NCBI GenBank assembly: GCA_002104905.1
Contig: MCFE01000365.1
Location: forward strand, 23,099 to 87,098
Direction of reading: 5' to 3'
Source of the DNA: Basidiobolus meristosporus CBS 931.73
Taxonomy: Eukaryota > Fungi > Basidiobolomycota
Length of the DNA: 64,000 nt
Positions within the stretch are counted from its first letter, which is position 1. Each line of letters begins with the position of its first letter. This document shows, one piece after another, positions 24,484 through 37,542 of the stretch. Made by a program: the position numbers and the translations under genes. The notes below the pieces were generated by a model that saw only the letters and a program-made list of their open reading frames with translations, had not been told where the DNA came from and ran no database searches.

Positions 24484-25984
24484 ATGGCTGACAGCACTCA
24501 ATATCTTGGGTACTGATTGTTGGGCAGGTAAGCAGACATATTGTCCTGGAGTGGACTAGGCCTGCTTGCAATCACACAAACTTGGTCATGAGCTGCTTGC
24601 TACTTGCAGCTAGAATTGCAATGTAAAATCAGGGGAAAATCTGCTGAATACTGTTTTCAGAAGTTTGAGACATTGTATATGCATGAAGAACCAAGTTGTA
24701 ACTCAATGTGCATATCTACATATTTGTAGGCTTAAAGTTGGAAAAATCTAATCAAAATTCTAATCTTCTTCTTTGATCCCTTGCACAGGCTTAAATAATA
24801 TGATGAGTCTGATCTTCAGATCATAATATTTGTATTTATTGCTTCTGGGTTACTCAATGCTTCTTATATGAACTCCATTGACCCTCTTGTTGCCGTGTTA
24901 AGGATTTGTTGTTTATGGCAGATCTGGAGTTTTCTAATTTCTAGGCAACAGTTTTATTTGTTTAGACAACTTCACTGCATGTTCATATTAGATTCAAGGA
25001 CAGTTACTTACATTATAGAGACTCTATATGAGGTACAAGAGATGACCTTTATTGGGCCATGTTAAGGTTTTGCGCCTGAGCCAGATTATCCTCACTTCTT
25101 GGAACTAAGGCACATATAACATGGCTAAAAAAAGTGTTTGCTCAACTCTGAGCTCATTGGCTTGCTCCCACTTGGACCACTTCAGTTCAGCAATATGAAT
25201 TCACAAAAAAGAATCTAGAATGGTCATCTTTGTCTTCCTCAAGTAGCAATAACTTTATCTGGATTGATTACTGCATTTATGGTTGATTTAAGATCCATTT
25301 GCTTCTTCATTCACCCAGTTTGGTATCAGAAAGTACCATTAGCTGTTTGGTAGCCATTTTTAGAGTACATCTACTGATTTGGACTGATGAAGCTGCTTTT
25401 GTCATATCAGAATATACTATAGAGTAGAGATAGAGGCTTTTTCTGAGGTGAGACTCTCCTTGACAAGGACTTTGAAGATCCTTATTCTCCTGATAACAAT
25501 TTGTAACCATGTGCTTGGTTTGCAAGGCTAACAGATTGTCTTAGTGTCTTCAAAATCTGTAAAAACTATCTGGCTGATCCTTGCATCTTTTTCTTTCAGC
25601 TCCATAGACAGCAGATATCAAGATATCTGCTTTGAATAATATGCTCTGATATATCCTACAATGTCTGACAGATCCTGTTGAAGTTTCTGGGCACTTTTGG
25701 GCTTTCTGGCTTGAGAACTTTATACAAGAGGCTCTGTAGAGCATATCTGCATTGCAAGATAGTCCAAACAGAGTTTACATATATTTTGTCTTCATTGGGG
25801 AAGTGCCCTAATTTGCAGCTATAGTATTTTCCATTTTTCTTCTTTTTCTTTTTCTGCTGATGACCCAAGGGAGCTTCATTTTGTGATATGGTTCTGGACT
25901 TCCTTATAGGTGACACCACAGTGTGTTGGAGCATATCAGATCTCATGACATTGTTAGTCCAGAATGGTTGACTATTGGAGAGTG

Positions 25985-26351
25985 TGTTACAAGTCTTGGT
26001 ATAAGAGTTGTAGAGGAATAGGGAGTTTAGCTAGTATTGTATTCACTAAAACTTGAACTGATTTTTATTGAGGTTCCAGCAGCTCCTTATATACATTTTG
26101 CCAGATCAATTGCTGACTAATTGTATTTCCTAATGTAGGTTGTGGCTGATGACTCATTTGATTGCATCATCATCACCCAATAAGATCCTACTTAATATAT
26201 CTATTTCTGTCTGATAAGGATCTGCTGATTCATTTGCTACTAATGCTACTGATTTCATAGACAATACTGATATACTGATACCTAAAACATATACTAGTTG
26301 ATTTGATTAAAAACTGATCTAACTTAAACATTCAAGCGGCAGATCATAACA
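25985..26351 (-). repeat. 3' LTR of Gypsy-2
   Basis: TGTTACAAG...ATCATAACA, repeated at 30555-30921. Confidence 0.97.
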
Positions 26352-26361
26352 TTCTCCCCTA

Positions 26362-29300
26362 CTAAAGTTGAGAGGGTTCTCCTGAATCTCTTTTCTTGTG
26401 ATACCAATATCTTGATGGTTCAGTATTGTCAGCAAGTCTTGCAAGCTTGAGTCTGTCCCTATGCACTAAGTCTTCCCGGATATTGCCTTGTTTGTCCACC
26501 AGTTGGTAAGTTGCAAATGGACATTCTCTGATGATCTTGAATGGTCCTGTCCATTGTGGCTCAAACTTCTTCCGAGTGTTGTTTCTTAGCAATACAAAGT
26601 TCCCAACTGTCGATGCTTCTGGTGCTATAGTCTTATCAAATCTCTGCTTCATCTTTTCTGCACTTTGAGATACTTTGGTCTGTGCCTCTTGACGTCTTTG
26701 TTCCAGTTGTTGGTGTCTACTTGGTTGACTGAGTTCATCTTCTAAGGTGTCTGTAAGCTTTGGTTGTGTGAGATCTCCTGGAATCCTTGGTTCACATCCA
26801 TAAACTAAGTAAAATGGTGATTGCTGGGTGGTGTTGTGTACTCTGACTCTGCATGCAAAGAGTGCTTGGTCTATATACTCATCCCATCTACTAACAACTC
26901 CATTTGCATACTTGGTCAGCATTTTTCCAAATAATCCATTAAACCGCTCAGTGACTCCATTAGTTCTGGGGTGATATGCCGAGGTTTTCAAGTGTCTGAT
27001 CTGCTGCATTTCCAGGTAAGCCTCTAGTGTCTTTGCCATAAAGTTTGCACCTCTATTGGATAGGATCTCCACAGGGCATCCAAACTTCATCAGGATCTCA
27101 TGGTAAATGAAACTTGCAACTTCTTGTTCACTGGCTATTGGTACAGCTTTAGCAACTGGCCATTTAGTGGCATGGTCAATTGCTACTAGGATCCAACGGT
27201 TGCATTTCCTGGTAGTTGGTAGTCTTCCAATAAAGTCAATTCCCCATCTCTCAAATGGTCTTACAGGCTCCAAAGGGAAGAGTTTGGCAATTCTTTGTGG
27301 CTGGCCTTGATTGATTTGGCAGTTTGGGCATGTTTTCACTAGCTTCTCAATATCTTGTTTCATTCTGGGCCACCATGCTCTGGCTTTCACAAGGCTATAG
27401 GTTCCTTCAATCCCAAGATGTCCATATCCATTGTGTAGCTTATGTATTAAGTCCAGGCAAGCAACATAAGGACAATAGGCAATAGGGCTTCCATCAACAA
27501 TTTGGTAGAGTGTTTCATCCTGTACAACAAATTTGCTGGCTTCATCACGGATTATCTTCTTGATATCTTCATCCACCTCATTAGGAATGGCTTGGTCCTC
27601 CAAGTACTTTGGTAATAGGCTAGGCCAATCTGATTCATGCACCAAGTTGAGTTGTGCAACTTGATCTAATCTTGATAAGGCATCAGCAACCGTGTTGTTT
27701 TTTCCAGGGCAGTAGACAATCTCCAGGTCAAATTGCTGAATGTATTCACTCCATCTTGTCATTCTTCTAGAGAGTACCTTCTGAGTAAATATATACTTGA
27801 GGGAGGCATGATCAGTCTTCACAGTGCATTTGACTCCTTCAATATAGCATCTCCATGTCTTCAAACAGTGTATTACAGCAAGCATCTCCTTCTCATGGAC
27901 TAGATAGTTTTGTTCTGCTGAGTTCAGTTTCTTGGATTCAAAGGCAACAGGGTAGTCCTTTCCCTCGTGTTCTTGGCTCAGCACTCCACCAATTGCATAA
28001 TCTGAAGCATCTGTGCACAGAGTGAACTCTTTTCTGAAGTCTGGTATTCTTAGGCTTGGCAGCTTAGCAAGTTCATTCTTGAGCATCTGGAAGGCAGTCT
28101 CACAAGCTATGTCCCACTTGTAGGTATTGTCTTTCTTGAGGATATCAGTTAAAGGGGCTGCAATACTTGCAAAAGACTTGACAAATCTCCAATAATAGGA
28201 AACCATTCCAAGGAATGATCTGAGTTCTGATATGCTATGGGGCTGCTTCAAATTCTTGATTACTTCCACCTTCTTTGGGTCTAAGGTTACTCCTGTGCTA
28301 GTCACTATGTGTCCCGGATATTCTATGTGTTCCTTGAAGAATTCACACTTGGCTAGCTTGCCATATAGCTTGTTCTCTCTTAGTTTCTTCAAGACCTTTT
28401 CAATGTGTACCATGTGATCCTTTTCTGTCTTGCTGTATATCAATATGTCATCCAGGTAGATTATCATGAACTTGTCTAAGTACTCCTGAAAGACAGTCTG
28501 CATCAGCGTCATGAATGTTGCAGGGGCATTAGTGAGGCCAAAACTCATGACTAAGTACTCGTAATGTCCATATCTGGTCCTGAATGCTGTCTTAGGGATA
28601 TCTTCTGGTTTCACCCTAATCTGGTTGTATCCTGACATGAGGTCAATCTTGCTGAAAATAGTGGCTCCATTAAGTTGGTCCAAAAGCTCATCAATCCAAG
28701 GTATGGGGTACTTATTCTTGACGGTAACTGAGTTCAGGGCTCTGTAGTCAATGCACATCCTAAGTGTTCCATTCTTCTTTTTCACAAAAAGCACTGGTGC
28801 TCCCCAGGGTGACTTGCTGGGCCTGATGTATCCTTGCTCCAATAGCTGATCAATTTGTCTCTTCATTTCCTCCAATTCCAATGGACTCATTCTGTAAGGT
28901 GTCTTGCTCACTGGAGGGCTATCTCCTGTGTCAATGGCATGATCCACGTCTCTGACTGGTGGTAGGCTTACAAGCTCATCTGGAAACACGTCTGAATATT
29001 TCTTCAAGAGAGTCTGGACCTGCTGGGGTGCTGGGGTAGAGGAATCCTCCTGTAATACCGCCATGAGGAACATCTGGGTACCTTTTCTAAGTGCTCTACA
29101 GAACTGGGTCTTGCTAAGTTCACTTGTGTCACACACACTGGAATTGACCAAGTTGAAATCCAGCCTGGCAGGTAATAGCTCATAGGTCTTGTTGTCTTTT
29201 TGGATCTGAGTAGCATGGGTTCTCCAGTTGATTGATGGATTACGACAAAATAGCCAGGTTTTCCCAAGTACAAGGTCAAACTTGCAGTTCCCAAATATAT

Positions 29301-30495
29301 AAGCCTGTAGGTCTTCTTCATAGTCATTGATCTTCATTCTTACTGGCTGGGTAATACGGTTGATTATGTGGGAGCTCCCATCAGCTGTGGAGACTGAAGT
29401 TGACTTGGTAGGTTCCGAGTTGATTCCAGCTTTCAAAGCAAATTGCTCTGACATGTACTCATGAGATGCTCCTGAGTCAATCATGATCTTGGCAGGTACT
29501 CCATTGATTACTCCATTCAAGTACAATAACTTCCCTGAGTTTGAAGTCATCTGGGACAAGTACTCTTCTGTCATATGGAAGGTGAGTTCCAAGTCTTCTT
29601 CAAGCTCATCTTCCACATTACTGTGTTCATGGGACTCAATATGGTTGAAGGTTCTTGTTGGCTGGTGTCCATTTCTTCTCTGAGGGCAGTACTTTGCAAT
29701 ATGTCCCTGCTGGTGGCAATTGAAGCAAAGTCCTCTCTTCTTGCATTCTTCTGAGGAGGGATTCTTCTGCATAGCGTCTATTTCCATTGGTACTACTTCT
29801 GATTGTCTTCTTTCATAAGGATTATAGCCTTTCTGATTAGTCACTGTAGGCTTCCCAACTCCAAACATAGCTGAGTCATAGTCAATGGCAATCTTGATGG
29901 CTTCTTCAATAGTCTGAGGTCTTTGGTAATTGACTTCCTTGCGAGTTCTTTCTTTCAACCCATCAATAAAGTATTCAACTTGGTCCAAGGGGTCCATTCT
30001 TTCAATTTGCCCAAGTAGACATCTGTACTCATAGATGTATTCTTGCACCATTCCTTACTGTCTGAGTGTCTTTAACTTCCTTCTTAGTAGTGTCTGCTGG
30101 TGTGGAGGTTCAAAAGCATCCTGAATTTCCAACATGAACTCATCCCAGGTAGAGATTGTAGAGCATCCCATCATAGTAGCTGACCTGATCTTGTTGTGGT
30201 ACCACTGTAAAGCTGCATCTGCCAGGTAAGAAGCTGCATAATGCAACTTGCTCTCTGGAGCAATTCCTTTGGCTTTAAAAGCTTCTTCAATCTGAAAGAG
30301 CCAAGTTCCCAGGTTTTCATTGACTCTGCCATGGTACCGGTTGACCTTCACACTAAAGTTGCTCTTGACAGGGCTTTGCTGGCTCTGAGCCATGGTAGTC
30401 ATTCCTTGTTGCTGTTGGCTGAGGATCTGGAGTAGCTGTTGCTGTTGGGCCAGGATTTGCTGCATGGCATTCTTCCATTCTTGATTGTCCGACAT
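26362..30495 (-). pseudogene. Gypsy-2 single gag-pol ORF (1378 codons) broken by one in-frame TAA at 30055-30057
   Basis: ORFs 30055-30495 and 26362-30051 are in the same frame. Motifs [54 protein letters not shown]. Confidence 0.93.
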
Positions 30496-30543
30496 CTTGA
30501 GGGTGGTTTCTTCTTTTCTTCAGGAGGGAGGTTTCTGGTTATT

Positions 30544-30553
30544 GCTGCTACCA
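30544..30553 (-). promoter_or_regulatory. tRNA primer-binding site (probably initiator tRNA-Met)
   Basis: TGGTAGCAGC lies 1 nt inside the 5' LTR end and is complementary to ...GCUGCUACCA. The tRNA assignment is inferred from Ty3-type PBSs. Confidence 0.75.
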
Positions 30554-30554
30554 A

Positions 30555-30921
30555 TGTTACAAGTCTTGGTATAAGAGTTGTAGAGGAATAGGGAGTTTAG
30601 CTAGTATTGTATTCACTAAAACTTGAACTGATTTTTATTGAGGTTCCAGCAGCTCCTTATATACATTTTGCCAGATCAATTGCTGACTAATTGTATTTCC
30701 TAATGTAGGTTGTGGCTGATGACTCATTTGATTGCATCATCATCACCCAATAAGATCCTACTTAATATATCTATTTCTGTCTGATAAGGATCTGCTGATT
30801 CATTTGCTACTAATGCTACTGATTTCATAGACAATACTGATATACTGATACCTAAAACATATACTAGTTGATTTGATTAAAAACTGATCTAACTTAAACA
30901 TTCAAGCGGCAGATCATAACA
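30555..30921 (-). repeat. 5' LTR of Gypsy-2
   Basis: Identical by eye to 25985-26351. Confidence 0.97.
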
Positions 30922-31016
30922 AGTGATACAGTTGATATTGATATCCACCTATATCATTAATTACTTTGATCAGAGTTGTTGTGCATCAACATTTAAAACT
31001 TGGCCAATTTCACTCT

Positions 31017-32350
31017 GTTAGAAAATCTAGTACCCCAATTGATATTCCTAACCCCATCATAACTAATCCCTGTTATGGAATATTTTATTGTTTCTCAGAA
31101 TCTATTTTTAGCTGTCACACCTGATCAGTATTCATATAGTCATTACATCTTCAACTTATCTGTCAAGCCTTTCCACATGATTAACCATCTGAGATCTATT
31201 CAGCCACTTAGCGTTGTCAAGGCATTGGCTGATCAATGATGCAAATTTCCATTCATCTTATGCACCTATCAACACCCCACCAATTTCAATTAGTCTAGCC
31301 TCTTGGTGCTTACTTATCAACTTGATCAGAGAAGCATAAATAAAGCTTACTGAACCTTTTGGCTTAGTGTGTGTCTCAATAAAATCAAGATTATGTTTCA
31401 GCAAAATTAAGAATTCAGCAATTCTGTTCTAGTTTCTACCCAAGCCTAGTATATCTAGCACTCCCACAAGCACCAAGCCCAGCCTGCATAGCAAACTAAA
31501 TCTGTTGCCATTATAGCCCAACTCAGCTATATACAAGACCAATATTAGACCAGAACCTCTCTGCTAAGATCTCTGTCACTCTTGACAACTCTAGGATTCT
31601 GCACTTAGTTGCCACTTAGGTTCAGTTAACTCATTAAAGAGTTTTATTACACTTTTCTCTTGATATAACTTTTTTTTGTTGAATTCCATTACATTCAACC
31701 ACTTAAAATACGTCCTCAGCACCAAGTAATCCAAATCTTTCCACATTGGAAGAGGCCCAAAGAAATCAGGAAGAACTGACTCAACAGCTTGAGAACATCA
31801 TGCATGAAAGAATCACCTTGATGCTTGAGCACTTAAAGCTTGCCAAGATAAGATCTCAAAATTGTTGTAGAGATGAACTCCTTGAAGGTATATCTGGTTA
31901 CCAAGATAAAATTGGAATTATCAAAGAAGCTCTGGAGAATGTTGCCAGAGTAATTGACCTCATTGAAAATCTGCCAAGCCTTGCTCTGCATCAACTACCA
32001 AGAATCATGCCTTTTGATCCTCCAGATTAACATCTTCCTCTAGACCTGCCCGGTAGTTGTCCCAAGATCCTTGCCTCTTTATGCTGAAGGAGCCAAGACC
32101 ATAAAGAGTTCTACTGAGCTTCTTTACAAGTTTAGTTATGTCTTAGATGCACACCAGCAAGACACTGACACCAATTGGGCTAGACTTCTGCCTCTCTGTC
32201 TCACCATGCAAGATGCTGACTGAGTTGAAGTGAACATTCTTTCCAATACTACATGAAAAATAGCCCAAAACCTCTTTTGTGGCCATTCTGAATATCTCCT
32301 CAAAAAAGCACATTTGAACCAGATCCATCCTGACAATATTTTATTGGAGC
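31017..32350 (+). mobile_element. 5' fragment (LTR/UTR + gag start) of the Gypsy-4 family
   Basis: ORF 31746-32030 is homologous to 48212-48517; similarity covers ~47830-49130 in reverse complement. Confidence 0.7.
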
Positions 32351-32744
32351 TGTGACAATATTTGCATGGTATTGTTGTGGTCTTTTAGCGCTCTATAACT
32401 GTTTTAAGTGGATCCAGTTGGCCAGGAGATCCAATTGCTTTATATGGCAAGAAACTTGATGGTATTTTGATGGCCTCACTGCAAGACTCTGATGGCATTA
32501 CATTGACAGTACAACAGTTTACTGCTGGTTCTGTATAATGCTACCATACAAATTTACCAAACGGTATTTCCTTTTTCTACCTCCCCTTGTGTAATTCATA
32601 TATTCCACTATGGAATCACCCCTCTTTATCAGCTTACCCACTACTACCTTGGGTATTCCACATATAGTTCAAATCAAAAAATACTGTGGCCTCCTGCTTA
32701 CTAACCTCTACAAACATGCACACTTGCCATAATTGACATACTTC

Positions 32745-33022
32745 TATCACCTCAACTTTACGGCTTTTGAGTGTGACACTTGCAAAGTTGCCATATGCCT
32801 TCTACTGCTGGTAATAAATACATCTTGCAAACATATGCTTTGTTGTTGCCACTTCTGCCATGAATACCTCCTGAATATCTGCAAAGAACTTCTTGGTATT
32901 TAGTCAATATATTCCTTCTGCCTGTTGGATTCTAATGCCCCTTATAGGTGTGCTCTGGTGTTTGTTTGCCTGAATCCCATATTGAATGATGTAGAAGCTG
33001 GCTGTAACCATGAGAAATCTGG
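32745..33022 (-). repeat. Degenerate retroelement-like repeat Z, second copy at ~44462-44719 (+)
   Basis: Clear pairwise similarity; possibly an integrase remnant. Each copy ends where an LTR begins (33023 and 44720). Confidence 0.5.
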
Positions 33023-35990
33023 TATAGTGGGGTCACAGTGACACCCACTGACAGATGTGCTCATTCCCATATTTTCTACTTCCCTATTTCTCACTACACA
33101 TATTTTAGTTTCATCTCATTTGTCTTACTTGATTAGTACTATCCTGTAAGCTGGTTGACTATCACAGCTGCTTACCTTAATACATAAATTATCTCTCACT
33201 TTATGTAAGATTACTAGCTGTAAGTGCTTATATATTAGGCAAGTATCCGCACCAGTACCTGTGACACATGATCTGCCAGTGTCACCATCCCTACCATTTC
33301 CATACCATATATGGTATCCCTATATTGCACAGGTTTCAGAGTACTAATTCATGATTGGTTGGAAGTGCTGTGCCTCTTAGAACCTTCTGGTACCTACTTA
33401 GAATACTCTTAGCTCATTCTGATGTAATTAAGATTTCTATAGATATACAGAACCTTCTGGAACACCATGATTAGTAATCACTTAGCTGGTGAGAAAAGTA
33501 TATAAGGGAGGCAATCCCTCAACAATAAATCATCATTCCTTTTATCAATATTCCAACCTGTTGATTAGTGTGATCACTGCAACCTGCCGTGACCTGACCT
33601 TCCAATCCCAGACCACAGGACACTCCCAGGAAACCGCACTGACAGCCAACTGACCTTGGAGGCAATACTTGTGAGGAATGCTTAGAGTAGGTATCTTTTA
33701 TTATATTTGATTCTTTCCCAAGTTTGTACTTGTACATATAAAGATACTTTTCTGCCTTTGTAACTATTGACCGCAGCTGCATTCTTGTCAAGTCTCTGCT
33801 GGTGGAGTTTACAGTTGTTTTGACTTTGGAAGCTTTAGTACATTGTCATCTCAAAGGATGCTGAGGCCAGCATATACTTTTGTTAAGATACCAACTAAGT
33901 TGGGGATTGTAGCTAAATAGTTTTCCCTTGACAAGCTTGTGACTTGATTGCCCATCACAATTGATTGGAGACAGAACCCAAGTATTCCTTGCAAGCTTTT
34001 GTCAGAGGTTATTGCACCCAGTGAGCACCCCACACACAAAACACTTGAGAAGTGTTGGACATATCTCTCCCTTGGACTTGCACACCACCAGATATTTGGT
34101 ACTTAATGAGGGGGGTTCATACAAGCTCCCTAGGACCCAACAAGATTTACCTGAAGATCTGAGCCATCATCCACTTATTGAAAAGAGACTACCAATATTA
34201 TCAAGATCACAACACCAACCTACCTACCCAAAATGAACCCTATGCCATTACCACTCTCACATGGAGCCCCACAGCTTGATGGAAAGAATGTGGAAAGCTT
34301 CATACTCAAATGTGAGAAGCTCTGCAAGATGTGCAACCTATCTGGACATGAAATAGCTGAAGACTTCCCCTACTACTGCACCAATGTTAATACCACTAAG
34401 CTTCTCAGACAAGGAGATGCTCTCACTGACTGGATCTTGATGAAGAACTACCTACAAACCCAGTATGGTAGACCCCAGATATACTATGGAGTTGAAGACC
34501 TCAGACACTCTGGAAGGACTGGACTTCCAAGCCACCCCTTGAAGAGTTCATTCAACAGTATGAAGACATGGCCAAGCCACTCCTAGAGTCCCAGGCTATA
34601 ACTGAGCTTAACATGAAACTTTACCTTGCACAAGGGCTTCCCCAGGCTTTGGCAAGGAAAGTTGGCTTACATGCAGCCAAGGATGACAGGTCTGGAATTC
34701 CATGCTTTGCAGAGACAAAGGGTGATCTCCTAGAGGCAAAGAAGACTTACACCTTCATGAGACTTCTGAAGTCTAATCTGCCAGACCAGTCAACCAAGGA
34801 ACCAAGGAGTGCTGTTGCTGACAATTAGACTAAACTACCAACAGAATAGACCAACTTGCTGAATAGCAACAAAAGCTAGCCCTCCAAACTAATGGCTCAG
34901 CTGAAGTAGCTACTAAGAGCCAAAGACCTTTGCCCAAACACTGCATCTGGTGTGACTCTACTCAGCATGCAAGAAGAGAATGCTCAGAGCTTAGTCAGCT
35001 ACTTAGAGAAGGAGCTGTGCAGTTTGATGCTGATGGAATGCTTGCTGACAGGGAACAAAGAAGGCCCCCCACAAATCTCCAAAGAGGAAGCATGATAGCT
35101 CTTTTCCAGAAATCTTACTCAGCAACCAGAAAGATCACTGTTGATGCCCCTATTGGGACTCATATAGTGAGTCCAAGCAGCCCTGACAACAGACAATACA
35201 AAGTTGATGCCTTTGCTACCAAAAGACACCCCCCTGAAGAACCTGCCAAGCCCATCCTTAGAAGACCATTGTTTGAAGAGCCCAAGGTTATCATTGACAA
35301 GAGGCTTGGTATATTGCCCACCCAAGATCCATTGCCTCACTTTGAGATGACCTCAAAGATAGCAAGCTACTCAAGCCCTCAACAGATTACTGAGAAGCTG
35401 CTGAAGCAGAACCTTACTTTGTCTGTTGGAGAAATAATGAGTACATCCCAGGTTGTTGGGAAGACCTTTAATAAGCTGCTTAGGACAAGACAACAAGCCA
35501 TTGAAAATATGGACACCCATATAATTCAGACAAACCATGAAGACTACCAAGAGGATGGCAACACTACTAATTATAAGACCTTTTACTCAGTTGCAACTGC
35601 TGTGGTGAAAGGGTATACATATGAGGACCCTGTTGACTGCCATATTGCCAGTGGTTCAGAGATTTGTGTTGTGCCACTAGACTTCTGGAAGACACTTAGA
35701 AGCAAGGAGCTACTGCCTGTTGATAGCCATATTGGATGGAACATGACTGATGCAAACTCAGGATCTAGTCCACTCTATGGTGTAGTGCACAAGTTCCCTA
35801 TTGAAGTACAAGGAATTAAGGTCTGGCATCCTCTCTTTATCTGTCAGAAGGGTAGCTTTGACCTTCTGCTAGGCAGACCATGGGAGACCAATACTAAGGC
35901 TGCAACCACCAATTATTCCAATGGGTCAGTGTGGTACACTATACAAAGATCAAACCCAGAGCTACAATCAATGTTCCGTAGTGTAGCAAT
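33023..35990 (+). mobile_element. Gypsy-3: 5' LTR (33023-33581), gag, CX2CX4HX4C knuckle, protease; truncated by CACTA X2
   Basis: LTR ends T(A)TAGTG...CACTGCA. Gag pieces at 34233-34828, HCIWCDSTQHARREC, SGSEICVV, LLLGRPWE. Confidence 0.8.
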
Positions 35991-37319
35991 ATAATAATTA
36001 TGTGTGTGAGTTATGGAGTAAATCCCCTTGATCTCCAACATTTGACAGCAATACCAGAAATTGTGCCCAGAAAAACCTGCTATCTTGCTGATGGCTGGGG
36101 TATCTCCAATGCAGATAATAATACATGCTTTTACATGATGGCCATTTACTCTTATCCCACTGGAAAGCATACAAAATGCATCCAGTAATGGATACAGGTA
36201 GCTATCCAGGTTGGATGGTGATTTAGGCCCAGATACCAGTGATACTACCATCAGATTATTGCTCTGATACTGTAATATGAATGATAGATTCAGACTGATG
36301 AGAATCAATGGCCAGCAGGATTTGCTGGTAGAGTACTTGTTTAATGCAAATCCATCAAGTGCTAAGGCAAAGGCATGGCCATACATATGTTCAAAGTAGC
36401 CCTTGCTTCTTAGCTATTTGTAATGTTTGCCTTTGAATATATCAGATATGTTTACACTTGATTGATACAGAGTGTGGTACTGTGTAGCTTTGCAATATTT
36501 GTTGGACTGCATCAGCTTTCTCAGATGGGGTATGACTGGAATATATCTGGAGTGTGAACAAGGTTTTCCCTCAGATGGTTGTGAATTCCTGACAATTTGG
36601 ACACATTGTAATGGTAGTATATTTGGATGTGAATGCCATGCAACTGTTAACACATGCTGGAATCAGAACATTCTCTGGATCATATGTTGCCACCAGCATG
36701 ATGGTTATCCACTTGTACCATGTTCATGGTAAGTTGCATCCTGGTATGATTTTGGCAAGAGGTAGTAATAAATTCTCAAAGCCCCCATTACTGATATTAG
36801 TGGATATGCACCACTTCTCTTGCCACAACATTACATTATTCACCAGTAGATGGATTACTGGGCTCACTTGGCTCCATAAAGTATCCTTGGCATTTGCTGC
36901 AACAGGTGTTGTCTCATTGCATATAGGGATTTTACCAGGCTCATACATGGTACTGTTGTTAGGGAGATAGGCTCAATATCCATCAGTGAACCTTCTTTGT
37001 CATATCTAGCACTCTGCATGCCATATTTAGAAGGTTGAGGTCAGCCTAAAGGTGTCACAAACTCATCTGCCACAGTTTGTGCAAGGTGGCAAAGATGGCC
37101 AGGTCCCAATACAGAAATATCAACTGGGTGGCAAGATAATGTTGGTATGGTAGAGACCAATGAATGGTCATATATGACTTGGGTGGTAAAACACTGGCTG
37201 TAATCCTTGCAATACTTCCTATGCTGTCTGCGTGCTTCATGGCTTAGAGGCTTGCCACAATAGCCACATGGTCTTTTTTCTCTTCTCTTACGGTGTTCAG
37301 TCAAAGTAGTCTTATTCAC
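35990..37319 (-). pseudogene. Tnp2 (Transposase_21-like) transposase of X2, N-terminal CX2C-X11-H-X3-C finger
   Basis: CGYCGKPLSHEARRQHRKYC, YIPVIPHL, LALDGF, CWPLILISLNL, SGPKSP, IGDTPAISKIAGFSGH; stops and frameshifts. Confidence 0.85.
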
Positions 37320-37542
37320 GGAGCAAACAGTTGGACCTTCAACAATGTAATGCTATTATATCACTTCTTGGCCAATACTCATGTAAACTCAAGACAGTCT
37401 TGTATTTGAGACATTGCACCTATATGAATGTAAGATTCAATGATGACCCGCTATAGTAAGCATTATAAATAAAGTTGTGGCACCACATACACAAAATACA
37501 TGTAATACTATTTCCCCTTTAGTTTGACTCACTTCCACATAT

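Larger units (their letters stand above)
25985..30921 (-). mobile_element. Full-length Ty3/gypsy LTR retrotransposon Gypsy-2 (no chromodomain)
   Basis: 367-bp LTRs at 25985-26351 and 30555-30921, identical by eye. 4-bp TSD AGTG. PBS TGGTAGCAGC; PPT AGGGGAGAA. Confidence 0.97.

Noticed and set aside
24484-25984. Degenerate minus-strand coding-like tract with a possible zinc-knuckle remnant (YYSCKLGHFPNE)
   Set aside because: Too decayed to assign; no second copy in the window.
30052-30057. In-frame TAA in Gypsy-2 as programmed stop-codon readthrough
   Set aside because: The stop lies inside the gag core (LRQ.G.VQEY), upstream of the zinc knuckle, not at a gag/pol border. A CAA>TAA-type lesion is simpler.
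35972-35990. TGTTCCGTAGTGTAG looks like the inverted Harbinger terminus capping the CACTA fragment, suggesting a cargo-capturing element
   Set aside because: It reads in frame as ...MFRSVA, the expected continuation after LLGRPW in this gypsy protease region. The real junction is ~35990 and no partner end or TSD was found.
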